Assembly: GCF_964213995.1 (NCBI RefSeq)
Contig: NC_135808.1
Coordinates: 50,716,001-50,780,000 of the forward strand
Direction: 5' to 3'
Source: Mustelus asterias
Lineage: Eukaryota
DNA length: 64,000 nt
The notes under the pieces: model-generated
The model's input: the letters and a program-made list of their open reading frames with translations, nothing else
Database searches by the model: none
What the model was told of the DNA's origin: nothing
Shown here: one piece after another, positions 47,804-59,500 of the stretch
Position numbering within the stretch: position 1 is the first letter of the stretch
How the letters are laid out: the number at the start of each line of letters is the position of its first letter
Made by a program: the position numbers and the translations under genes

Positions 47804-48364
47804 CCCAGGATATACTCCAAATGTTTAACCACTCACTTCCCCTGTCTCTATCTGTTTGCAGACTCTCTACCTCCTCTTTAGAACTTACTTTCCCACCTAT
47901 CTTAGTGTCAAAGAACAAAGAACAAAGAAAATTACAGCACAGGAACAGGCCCTTCGACCCTCTAAGCCTGCACTGACCATGCTGCTGTCATTGGGACATC
48001 AGCTCCATTCACTCCCTTCATCCAAGTCATTGATATGGATTGTGAATAGTTGTGGTCCCAGCACTGATTGTTCCAGAACTCCACTAATTACAGCTTCCCA
48101 ACCCCAAAACAATCATTTGTCCCCTCTCTCTAGTTTCTGTGAACGAACCAATCCTCTACAATGCTAATATGTTACCCACACATCATGAGCTTGTATCTTG
48201 TGTGGTAAGATTTGATGTGGCAATTTATAAAATACCTTTTGGAATTCCCTAAATATCACATCTACAAGTTCCCTTCATCCACTTTGTGACTTCCTCAAAA
48301 GTGGACAATCACACATTTATAACATAAAGAAACTGCTCCACATCGACCATGGTGTCCATGTCCT

Positions 48365-48597
48365 ACTGGACCCTCCAATAGGGACCAGTAAACATGGGCC
48401 TCCTTCCCACTGGAGCCTCCAATAGGGACCAGTAAACATGGGCCTCCTTCCCACTGGAGCCTCCAATAGGGAGCAGTAAACATGGGCCTCCTTCCCACTG
48501 GAGCCTCCAATAGGGACCAGTAAACATGGGCCTCCTTCCCACTGGAGCCTCCAATAGGGAGCAGTAAACATGGGCCTCCTTCCCACTGTAGCCTCCA
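48365..48597. repeat. 44-bp minisatellite, about 5 copies
   Basis: cctccaata recurs at 48372, 48416, 48460, 48504 and 48548. Confidence 0.95.
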
Positions 48598-48894
48598 GTA
48601 GCTGAGCTTCAAACTCCACATCCTATCCATCACGTAGGCCTCTTATTTCCATCTCCACAACGTTGTCCGTCTTTACACAACATCAGCCCTATGAGCACAG
48701 ATACCCTAATCCCTAACTCTATTATTCCGATATCCTCTCCCGGCTCCCTTCATCCGCACGCCATAAACCCCAACTTGTCCCAAATGCAGTGGGTCCGGTC
48801 CCTGTCTCACGCCAAGTGTCCTTCCAATACTACCCCTGACCTCATTGACCTATCACCCCTGCCCTCACTGATATATTACCCTTGGCCTCAGTGA

Positions 48895-49330
48895 CATAGG
48901 AATATAGAATCTTGAAGCAAGAGTCGGCCATTCGGCCCTTCTCCACCATTCATTTTGATCATGGCTGATCATCGAATTTAATATCCTGATCCGCCCTCTT
49001 CCTCTCATATCCCTTGATCCCTTTAGCCCCAAGAGCTATATCTAATTTCTTCTTGAAATCAGACAACGTTTTGGCCTCAACCACATTCTGTCAAAGTGAA
49101 TTCCACACATTCTCCACCCTCTTTGAGAAGAAATTTCTCCTCATCTCAGTTCTAAAAGGTTTACCCTTTATCTTCAAACTGTGACCCATAGTTCTGGACT
49201 CCCCACCAATGGGAACATTCTTTCTGATTCTACCCTGTCTAACACTAATAGAATTTTATAACTTTCTATGAGATCCCCTCTCATTCTTCTGAACTTCAGT
49301 GAATATAATCCTAATGAACTTAGTCTCTCC
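48895..49330 (-). mobile_element. CR1 3' fragment
   Basis: ggccattcggccc tail hairpin and C-terminal ORF2 motifs on the minus strand. Confidence 0.75.
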
Positions 49331-49829
49331 TGTTACCCCTGACCTCACTGCCCTCCAATTCTCTCCATGGCCTCACTCCTCCCTCCCTCTGCGTTCCTGC
49401 TGCAGACTCACATTCCCTCCCTCACCTTCCATCTTCTGACTCTGCTCTCCTGCCCATCGCTGCTTCCTTCATCCCACCATTGACAGCAGAGCCTTCAGAC
49501 ATCCAGGCCCTGCTCTCTGACCTCCCACCTCTAATCCCTCCCCCTCTCCAAGCCTCTCTCCCCATCAAACTCCATCCTTTCACCCAAGTCTTCAATCTCT
49601 CTTCCTAACGTTCCTCCACCCCCACCCCCTCCCACCCCTATTCCTTACTGCCGCTCTGTGACACATCTTGGGCTGTGTTGTACACGAAGGTGCTATATAA
49701 ATTCAGGTTCTGTGTGGATTTCGGTTGGGGTGAGAATTGGACACTGGTGAAGGCTCCTGCAGTCAAATATCCTGCCGACAGGTTCCAGAGTTCAACACAC
49801 AGAATGGGACATTGTGTAACGTAGAACTT

Positions 49830-52250
49830 TTTAATAATTTATTCATTTACGGGAAGTTGGTGTCACTGGCTACACCAGCATTTATTGCCCATCCTTAATT
49901 ACCCTGAGGAGATGGTGGTGAGCTGCCTTCTTGAACAGCTGCAGTCCATGAGGCGTAGGCACAACCACAGTGCTGTTAGGGAGGCAGTTCCAGGATTTTG
50001 ACCCAGCGACAGTGAAGGAATGGCACTATATTTCCAAGTCAGGATGGTGAGGGACTTGGAGGGGAATCTCCGGGTGGTTGTGTTCCCAGTGATCTGCATC
50101 TTTCCAGTTAGTAGTGGTTGTGGGTTTGGAAGGTGCTGCCTCAGGAACCTTGGTGAGTTCATGCAGGGCATCTTGTAGATGGTACACACGGCTGCCACTG
50201 TTCAATAGTGCTGGAGGAATTGAATGTTAGTGGAAGGGGAATCAATCAAGCGAGGCTGCTTTGTCCTGAATGATGTTGAGCTTCTTGAGTGTTGTTGGAG
50301 CTGCACTCATCCTGGGAAGTCGAGAGTATTCCATCACACTCCTGACTTGTGCTCTGTAGATGGTGGGGAGGCTTTGGGGAGCCATGAGGTGAGTTACTCT
50401 CCACAGAATTCCTAACCACTGACCTGCTCTTGTAACCACAGTATTTATATGGCTTTTCCTGTTCAGTTTTTGGTCAATCATAACAACCAGGATGTTGATA
50501 GTGGGGGATTCAGCGATGGTAATGACAATTAATGTCAAGGGGAGATGTTAAAATTCTCTCTTGTTGGAGATGGTCCTTGCCTGGCACTTGCGAGGTGTGA
50601 TTGTTACTTTCCACTTGTCACCCCAAGCCTGGATATTGTCCAGATCTTGCTGCATTTGGACATAGACTGCTTCAGTATCTGAGGAGTTGTGAATGGTGCT
50701 GAACATTGTGCAGTCATCAGTGAACATCCCCACTTCTGACCTTATGATGGAGGGATGGTCATTGATGAAGCAGCTGAAGATGGTTGGGCCGAGGACACTA
50801 CCCTGAGGAACTCCTGCAGTGATGTCCTGGGGCAATCTCAGATTGAAATCCTAGAACCACAACCATCTACCTTTGTGCTGGGTGTGACTCCAACCAGTGG
50901 AGTTTTCCCCTGATTTCCATGGGTTCCAGTTTTACGAGGGCTCCTTGATGCCACTCTCGGTCAGATGCTGCCTTGATGTCAAGGGCAGTCACTCTCACCT
51001 CACCTCTGGGGTTCAGCTCTTTTGTCCATGTCTGAACCAAGGCTGTAATGAGGTCAGGAGCTGAGTGACCCTGGTGGAACCCAGACTGAGTGTCAGTGAG
51101 CAGGTTATTGCTGATTACAGCTGTTAGAATGTGTCATCGACAGTTCTATCAATCTCTTTGCTGATGATGCAGAGTAGACTGATGGGGCGGGAATTGGCCA
51201 GAATAGATTTGTCCTGTTTTTTGGTATACAGATCATACCTGTACAATTTTCCACATTTCCGGATAGATGCCAGTGTTGTAGCTGTACTGGAACAGCTTGG
51301 CTGGGGACGAGGGAGGTTCTGGAGCACAAATCTTCAGGACTATTGCTGGATTATTATCGGGACCCAGAGTCTTTGCAGTATCAGCCTTATCTTTTCCACT
51401 AATGTGCTGGGTTCCGCCATCATTGAGGATGGGGATATTTGTGGAGCCTCCTCCTCCAGTGAGTTGTTTAATTGTCCACCACCATTCACGGCTGAATGTG
51501 GCAGGACTGCAGAGCTTAGATCTGATCCATTGGTTATGGGATGGTTTAGCTCTGCCTATCACTTGCTGCTTCTGCTGTTTGACACACAGTCCTGTGTTGT
51601 AGCTTCACCAGGTTAACACCTCATTTTTCAGTACATCTGCTGTTGCTCCTGCCATGCCCTCCTGCGCTCTTCATTGAACCAGGGTTGATCCCCAGGCTGG
51701 GTGGTAATGGTAGAGTGGGGGATATGCCGGGCCATGAGGTTACAGATTGTGGTTGAGTACAATTCTGCTGCTGCTGATGGCCCACAGTGCCTCATGGATG
51801 CCCAGTTTTGAGTTGCTAGATCTGTTTGAAATCGATCCCATTTAGCACGGTGGCAGTGCCACACAACACGATGGAGGGTATCCTCAATGTGAAGATGGGA
51901 TTTTATCTCCACAAGGACTGTGCGGTGGTCACTCCTACCGATACTGTCATGGACAGATGCATCTGCGGCAGGCAGGTTGGTGAGGATGAGGTCGAGTATG
52001 TTTCTCCCTCTTGTTGGTTCCCTCACCACCTGCCGCAGTCCCAGTCTAGCAGCTATGTCCTTTAGGACCCGGCCAGCTCGGTGTGTGGTGGTGCTACCGA
52101 GTAACTCTTGGTGATGGACATTGAAGTCCCCACCCAGAGTACACTCTGTGTCCTTGCCACCCTCAGTGCTTCATCCAAGTGCTGTTCAACATGGAGGAGA
52201 ACTGATTCATCAGCTGAGGGGGTTATGGTATTTAGTTTCCTTGTCCATGT
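49830..52250 (-). mobile_element. Decayed APE-RT LINE, counterpart of 8985-12150 without the SINEs
   Basis: VREPTRGRNILDLILTN, GVPQGSVLGPTIFSCFIND, MFTDDC. Confidence 0.9.
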
Positions 52251-53134
52251 TTGACATGTACTGAGAGACTACATGGAGTCTGGAATGTTGTTGAGGATTC
52301 CCAGGATAACTCCCTCCTGACTGTATCCCACTGTGCCTTCTGTGCTGGGAGATTGGAGGTAGTGGACACAGTTCACCATTTTCTCCCGTCTCAGTAACAA
52401 ACATCCAGCTGCTCTGAGCTCCTTCTTTCACTTCCTCTGTTGGTTACGTTTCAATCTTCCGATCTGACAGTCTTTGCAGTTATTTTTGACACTGGGGATT
52501 TGTGCTGTGGTCTGAATCTCTAACAATAACTGTCCAATCAGTGAAAAGAACAGCAGCTCAGAGCAGTCAGGACTGAGGAGCCAGGCTCACTGGGAAACAC
52601 ATTGGGAAGATCAAAGCCATTGGTCTTCAGCTCCCGATACAAACTCCATCCCTCCCCCTGAGCACTGTCTGCTGCTCAACCAGATTCTCGACAACATTGG
52701 CCTCATCTTTGACCCCGATCTGACCCCCCATATCCTCCACATCACAAAGACCAGCCTCTTCCCCCGGGAATCGGAATGAGCTGCCTACACAGGAGAGTTT
52801 TCACAAACAGGGAGAGAAGAGGCAAAGACTTGGGGATAGGAGAGACAGATGGAGGAAGCTCAGTTTGAACATTTTCAATTGGCTCCCCCGCAGCCTCAAC
52901 AGCTTTTTTTCAGGGAGAAAGTTCCAGATTTCCACCAGTCTCCAAGTGACGAAGTGTTTCCTGATCTCACCCCTGAAGGGCTGGGCTGGAATTTGAAGAT
53001 TCAGTGACCTTGTTCATTCCAATAACATTGGCTCAATTTCCCATCATGCCTTCATCTCTACATTTGTCCATTCTCTAGCTAATAATGAATGTTTTAACTT
53101 CAATCTCAGTCAAATCATTTCATTCACCCCACTT

Positions 53135-55148
53135 CAGGTGTAGTGAGAGACACAGTGCAGTAAAACAGTATTGACCGTTGCCTAGTGACAGGTGTAGTGA
53201 GAGACACGGTGCAGTAAAACAGTATTGACCGTTTCCTAGTGACAGGTGTAGTGAGAGACACAGTGCAGTAAAACAGTATTGACCGTTTCCTAGTGACAGG
53301 TGTAGTGAGAGACACAGTGCAGTAAAACAGTATTGACCGTTGCCTAGTGACAGGTGTAGTGAGAGACATGGTGCAGTAAAACAGTATTGACCGTTTCCTA
53401 GTGACAGGTGTAGTGAGAGACACGGTGCAGTAAAACAGTATTGACCGTTTCCTAGTGACAGGTGTAGTGAGTGACACAGTGCAGTAAAACAGTATTGACC
53501 GTTTCCTAGTGACAGGTGTAGTGAAAGACACAGTGAAGTAAAACAGTATTGACCGTTTCCTAGTGACAGGTGTAGTGAGTGACACAGTGCAGTAAAACAG
53601 TATTGACCGTTTCCTAGTGACAGGTGTAGTGAGAGACACAGTGCAGTAAAACAGTATTGACCGTTTCCTAGTGACAGGTGTAGTGAGAGACACGGCGCAG
53701 TAAAACAGTATTGACCGTTTCCTAGTGACAGTTGTAGTGAGTGACACAGTGTAGTAAAACAGTATTGACCGTTTCCTAGTGACAGGTGTAGTGAGTGACA
53801 CAGTGCAGTAAAACAGTATTGACCGTTTCCTAGTGACAGATGTCGTGAGTGACACAGTGCAGTAAAACAGTATTGACCGTTTCCTAGTGACAGGTGTAGT
53901 GAGAGACACAGTGCAGTAAAACGGTATTGACCGTTTCCTAGTGACAGGTGTAGTGAGTGACACAGCGCAGTAAAACGGTATTGACCGTTTCCTAGTGACA
54001 GGTGTAGTGAGAGACACGGTGCAGTAAAATGGTATTGACCGTTTCCTAGTGACAGGTGTAGTGAGTGACACGGTGCAGTAAAACAGTATTGACCGTTTCC
54101 TAGTGACAGGTGTAGTGAGTGACACAGTGCAGTAAAACAGTATTGACCGTTTCCTAGTGACAGGTGTAGTGAGAGACACGGCGCAGTAAAACAGTATTGA
54201 CCGTTTCCTAGTGACAGTTGTAGTGAGTGACACAGTGTAGTAAAACAGTATTGACCGTTTCCTAGTGACAGGTGTAGTGAGTGACACAGTGCAGTAAAAC
54301 AGTATTGACCGTTTCCTAGTGACAGATGTCGTGAGTGACACAGTGCAGTAAAACAGTATTGACCGTTTCCTAGTGACAGGTGTAGTGAGAGACACAGTGC
54401 AGTAAAACGGTATTGACCGTTTCCTAGTGACAGGTGTAGTGAGTGACACAGCGCAGTAAAACGGTATTGACCGTTTCCTAGTGACAGGTGTAGTGAGAGA
54501 CACGGTGCAGTAAAATGGTATTGACCGTTTCCTAGTGACAGGTGTAGTGAGAGACACAGTGCAGTAAAACAGTATTGACCGTTTCCTAGTGACAGGTGTA
54601 GTGAGTGACACGGTGCAGTAAAACAGTATTGACCGTTTCCTAGTGACAGGTGTAGTGAGTGACACAGTGCAGTAAAACAGTATTGACCGTTTCCTAGTGA
54701 CAGGTGTAGTGAGTGACACGGTGCAGTAAAACAGTATTGACCGTTTCCTAGTGACAGGTGTAGTGAGTGACACGGTGCAGTAAAACAGTATTGACCGTTT
54801 CCTAGTGACAGGTGTAGTGAGAGACACAGTGCAGTAAAACAGTATTGACCGTTTCCTAGTGACAGGTGTAGTGAGTGACACGGTGCAGTAAAACAGTATT
54901 GACCGTTTCCTAGTGACAGGTGTAGTGAGAGACACAGTGCAGTAAAACAGTATTGACCGTTTCCTCGTGACAGGTGTAGTGAGAGACACAGTGCAGTAAA
55001 ACATTATTGACTGTTTCCTAGTGACAGGTGTAGTGAGTGACACAGTGCAGTAAAACAGTATTGACCGTTTCCTAGTGACAGGTGTAGTGAGAGACATAGT
55101 GCAGTAAAATGGTATTAACCGTTTCCTGGTGTCAAGTGTAGTGAGTGA
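53135..55148. repeat. 54-bp minisatellite, about 37 units
   Basis: Unit caggtgtagtgag(a/t)gacac(a/g)gtgcagtaaaacagtattgaccgtttcctagtga, strict 54-bp period. Confidence 0.98.
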
Positions 55149-56188
55149 GAGGGAAAAATTTAGATTGGGGACTCAAAATGTCACTCACTGAATTGTTTCA
55201 AACAATTAAAAAGGTGAAAATGAATTCATTTGCTGCAAATCGCTAAAGCTTTCATCCAGGAGAGAGAGAGAGAGATCGTGAGAGACAGAGAGAGAGAGAG
55301 AGAGGGAGCGAGAGCATGAGAGAGGGCAAGTGAGTGACAGACCGAGAGGGTTCCCCTCGGGGCGTTCTTGAGCAGTGACAGGCAGGGACTGAGGAAATGG
55401 GAGCTTCGGCTGTTTAGATTGTTCCTGTCGGTGGAAGTCTCCAAGATTCCTCCCACCCCCTCCACTACTACTTGCAGCTTTGTTTTGAGTCTGAAAGTTT
55501 AATGTTGTTCATATAATTGTTATCAGAATGGAAATATACATATCTTTCTATTTGTGTGTGTTTGTGTACAATGAAGAATTTGTGTGTGTGAGCTTTCATG
55601 TGTTTCCTTCCCTAATTTCTCATTTGTGTGTGAAGTTTCAGCAATTTGAAGCTTCACAATGTGGATAATGAGTTGGATTCAAGGACAATATAATGACACA
55701 AAGCAAAGTTTGAAGTGAAAAGGTTTGAGTTGAGATTTCTGTCCAGAAAGCAGAGTTTGATTGTTCTCTAAAGATACACCAGCTTTTCCCTGTGTTGAAA
55801 ATGAAGCAGCTTTGCAGGAGCCTCTTGCAGACGAACACAGAGTGAACTCTTTGCAACAACAGCTTAAACTTTCAGATTGCTGAATCCATTCCCCTGAGCA
55901 GAATGCACCTTGTGTCTTTATTTCCAGAGAACCACAAATGGAACAAGATTGCCAGCAGCATTAAGACTCTGAGAATTGATCTGAAGATTTTTATTCCCAC
56001 AGCATGGTCATGGTTTAGAACCAGGTGGCACAGTGGGACCTGGGTTTGATTCCCGGTTTGGGTCACTGTCTGTGTGGAGTTTGCACATTGGTTTAGAACC
56101 TTTACTTTATGTTGAAAGAAAATGATTTAACCCCTTCAGGGCCAATGGTATCTTTTGCTTGGGGACAAGAGGTCTGATATGGACACGC

Positions 56189-56535
56189 TGATCAAGGGTC
56201 TTATATAGCTGCATCATTATCCCCGGACTCCTAAACTCAGTCCCTCGATTGATGAAGGTCAGCACACCATATGCCTTCTTAACCACCTCCTCTACCTGCG
56301 AGGCCGATTTAAGAGTCCTATGGACCCGGACCCCAAGGTCCTTCTGATCCTCTACACTGCTAAGAGTCTTACCCTTGATATTATACTCCTTCATCCCATT
56401 TGACCTGCCAAAATGGACCACTACACATTTATCCGGGTTGAAGTCCATCTGCCACTTCTTCGCCCAGTCTTGCATCCTATCTATGTCACGCTGCAGCTTC
56501 TGACATCCCTCCAAACTATCCACAACACCACCAAC
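56189..56535 (-). mobile_element. CR1 RT fragment (same subfamily as 25934-26927), next to a partial SINE at about 56025-56090
   Basis: VGGVVDSLEGCQKLQRDIDRMQDW. Confidence 0.88.
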
Positions 56536-59500
56536 ATGTGTTGGTAAACATGTGGGATTTTCAATCTGGATACAAAGCCACACACACCAGGAAAAGGGAG
56601 TTTCAGTTTTGAAAGTGGAAATTATAATTCTTAGAAAGTTTAAAGATTTGAGCTTTGGGTCCTGATCAAGTTCTCAACAGGAAATGTTTATTTTAAAAGG
56701 TTTGACAACAATTGACACAAATCCAAATGCTGAAAGCTTCTGTGCTGAAGGAAGAGTTTAAAATGTGTTTGTCTCTTCCCAAAATATAAACCCGAAAGCT
56801 TGAAGTTTGTCAGAAATGTAACTTGTATCAGAGTTAAAGCAGGCAGCTCAACAACAAAACTATTCGGATCTGGAATCATTTTAAAATGTAAACATCACCA
56901 GCAACAATCTCCAGAGTTAGTTTCCAGAGAGTAGAATGTTGTTTGAGGTGTTAAGAACCGCGCTGATGTTAAATGTGAGAGGATCTCAAAGCTCAGAATG
57001 GGAACATGGAACATTGGTTCTAAGTGGTGTCGATTTTCACTCTGGTATCCTGTGAGGAAAAGTGTGTGAACCAGGGAGAAATAGTCCAGTCTTTGTGTGA
57101 ACAATTAATACAGAATATTCATCCAGGTAAAAGGCAAAGAAACAACGAGCTCTATAATACACGACAATATATTTAACTACACTGAGGGCTAGACACACAC
57201 ACTATTACATGAAGCTACCCCTTTGTTCTCAATCACCTACATTTCCTGAACACTGAGATGTCCCTTTGTTCCAAAACAACATCCAATATTATGTAACTCT
57301 GTGAGCTAAATCCAGTGAATAATTACCACACACAGGTTATGTGTCAGCGTTCGGGAAAACTGTCTTCAGTTTCAGTGAAGGTGAAACCTGCTGCTTCTTT
57401 TCAGGAGACAGTTTCTGCAGCTGAGTGTGTGCTGATGTTAGCTGTGTCTGTGTCTGTCTCCCCTTTTCCCCAGTCATTGTGCTATGGATATATCATTCTT
57501 TCCCTTTGATGTTACCCACCCTGTGGAATCGGCTTTGGGCATTTCCGTGTCGATTTCCTTATCCCTCCACTTTGAAGTTATCTTTTCTAAACCCCATTGC
57601 TTTCCTCAGGTACCTCAGTAAACACTTGCTTTTCTCACTGAGATGCCAATTCACATCTCTTCAGACATCTCCCTGTTTTATCCCAATGTCATTTGTTTAT
57701 TTTCATTTTCCCCAATTCTTAACAGAGGGGAAGGTGATAAAGACACAAAACATGTTAATGTCTGGACTTCCTCAGAGTCGTGTCCTCGGCCCAACAATCT
57801 TCAGCTGCTTCATCAATGAACTTCCCTCCATCATAAGGTCAGAAGTGGGGATGTTCGCTGATGACTGCACAATGTTCAGCATCATTCATGACTCCTCAGA
57901 TACTGAAGCAGTCCATGTTCAAATGCAGTAAGACCTGGACAATATCCAGGCTTGGGCTGACAAGTGGCAAGTAACATTCACGCCACACAAATGCCAGGCA
58001 ATGACCATCACCAATAAGAGACACTCTAATGCCCTTTGACATTCAATGGTGTTACCATCACTGAATCCCCCACTGTCAACATCCTTGGGGTCACCATTGA
58101 CCAGAAACTCAATTGAACTCACCAGATAAACACAGTGGCTACAAGAGCAGGTCAGAGGCAAGGAATACTGCGGTGAGTAACTCATCTCCTGACTCCCCAA
58201 AGCCTATTCACCATCTACAAGTCAGGAGTGTGATGGAATACTCCCCACTTGCCTGGATGGGTGCAGCTCCAACAACAATCAAGAAGCTTGGCAATCCCGT
58301 CAAAAAAAAGCCCACTTGATTGGCACCACATCTACAAACATTCAATCCCTCCAGCACCGACGCTCAGTAGCAGCAGTGTGTACTATCTACAAGATGCACT
58401 GCAGCAATTCACCAAAAATCCTGAGACAGCACCTTCCAAATCGACGACCACTTCCATCTAGAAGGACAAGGGCAGCAGATACATGGGAACACACCACCTG
58501 CAAGTTCATCTCCAAGCCACTCACTGACCTGACTTGGAAATATATCGCCGTTCCTTCACAGTTGCTGGGTTAAAATCCTGGAATTCCCTCCCTAGTGGCA
58601 TTGTGGGTCAACCCACAGCCCGTGGGCTGCAGTGATTCAAGAAGGCAGCTCAGCACCACCTTCTCAAGGGCAACTAGGGATGGGCAATAACTGCTGGCCA
58701 GCCAGCAATGCCATGTCCCATGAATGAATGAAAAAAAGTCAAATCGTCCTGATTTCTATTTTAAAAATATTCTGAGTCGAGGCCTGAGGCCTGCTGCTGC
58801 CACTAACTTTTACAGTTTTGTATTTTACATTTTATTTCTGCCCTGCTCTGATTTTTAATATTTGAACTCATTTTGTATTTTCTCACCTGATCCACACTGA
58901 TCTTAACCCAGCTGTGATTGTGCTCTGATTCATTCAGAAGAAGAATCAGGGGTGAGCTGTTTTTCCAGATTGTGTTTTCTCTCTGGACTGGCCACACAAC
59001 TGCTGTTCAGACTCAATCTTTTGTTTCTCCACTTTCTCAAGCTAGAATATTAAAATAAGTTGTTTCTTGTTTATTACAGGTACTGTTCTACCGCATTCTG
59101 TGGTGTTGCCGGCGTTGGAATGGGGTAGGCACAGTAAGTAGTCTCACAACACCAGGTTAAAGTCCACCAGGTTTATTTGGTAGCACGAGCTTTCGGAGCG
59201 CTGCTCCTTCATCACCTGATGCATTCTGTGAGCCTTGGTCTACAGACCAAGTCGCTGAGGAATCTTATCTGGTCTGCTCACCTGAAGCATTAGAAGATGA
59301 AGTTTAATTGATGGACATAACAGCTGATTGATGACAGATGTGAAGACATCATCAAGAGCTCCGTCAACAAGCTGAATATTACAAAGTCTGCTTCACATTG
59401 AGGTCCCTGTGGGAAGAACTGAGATTTGTTTTGGGACAGACAGTGTCACAGTCTTCACAAGACTGGAATGGAGCCAGAAATCCAGGTTAAAGAGACATTG

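Noticed and set aside
53124-55097. 657-aa ORF
   Set aside because: Stop-free frame of a 54-bp (18-codon) minisatellite; no evidence of a real gene.
53135-55148. CRISPR-like appearance of the tandem arrays (also 48365-48597, 14928-15165)
   Set aside because: No unique spacers, no cas genes, vertebrate context.
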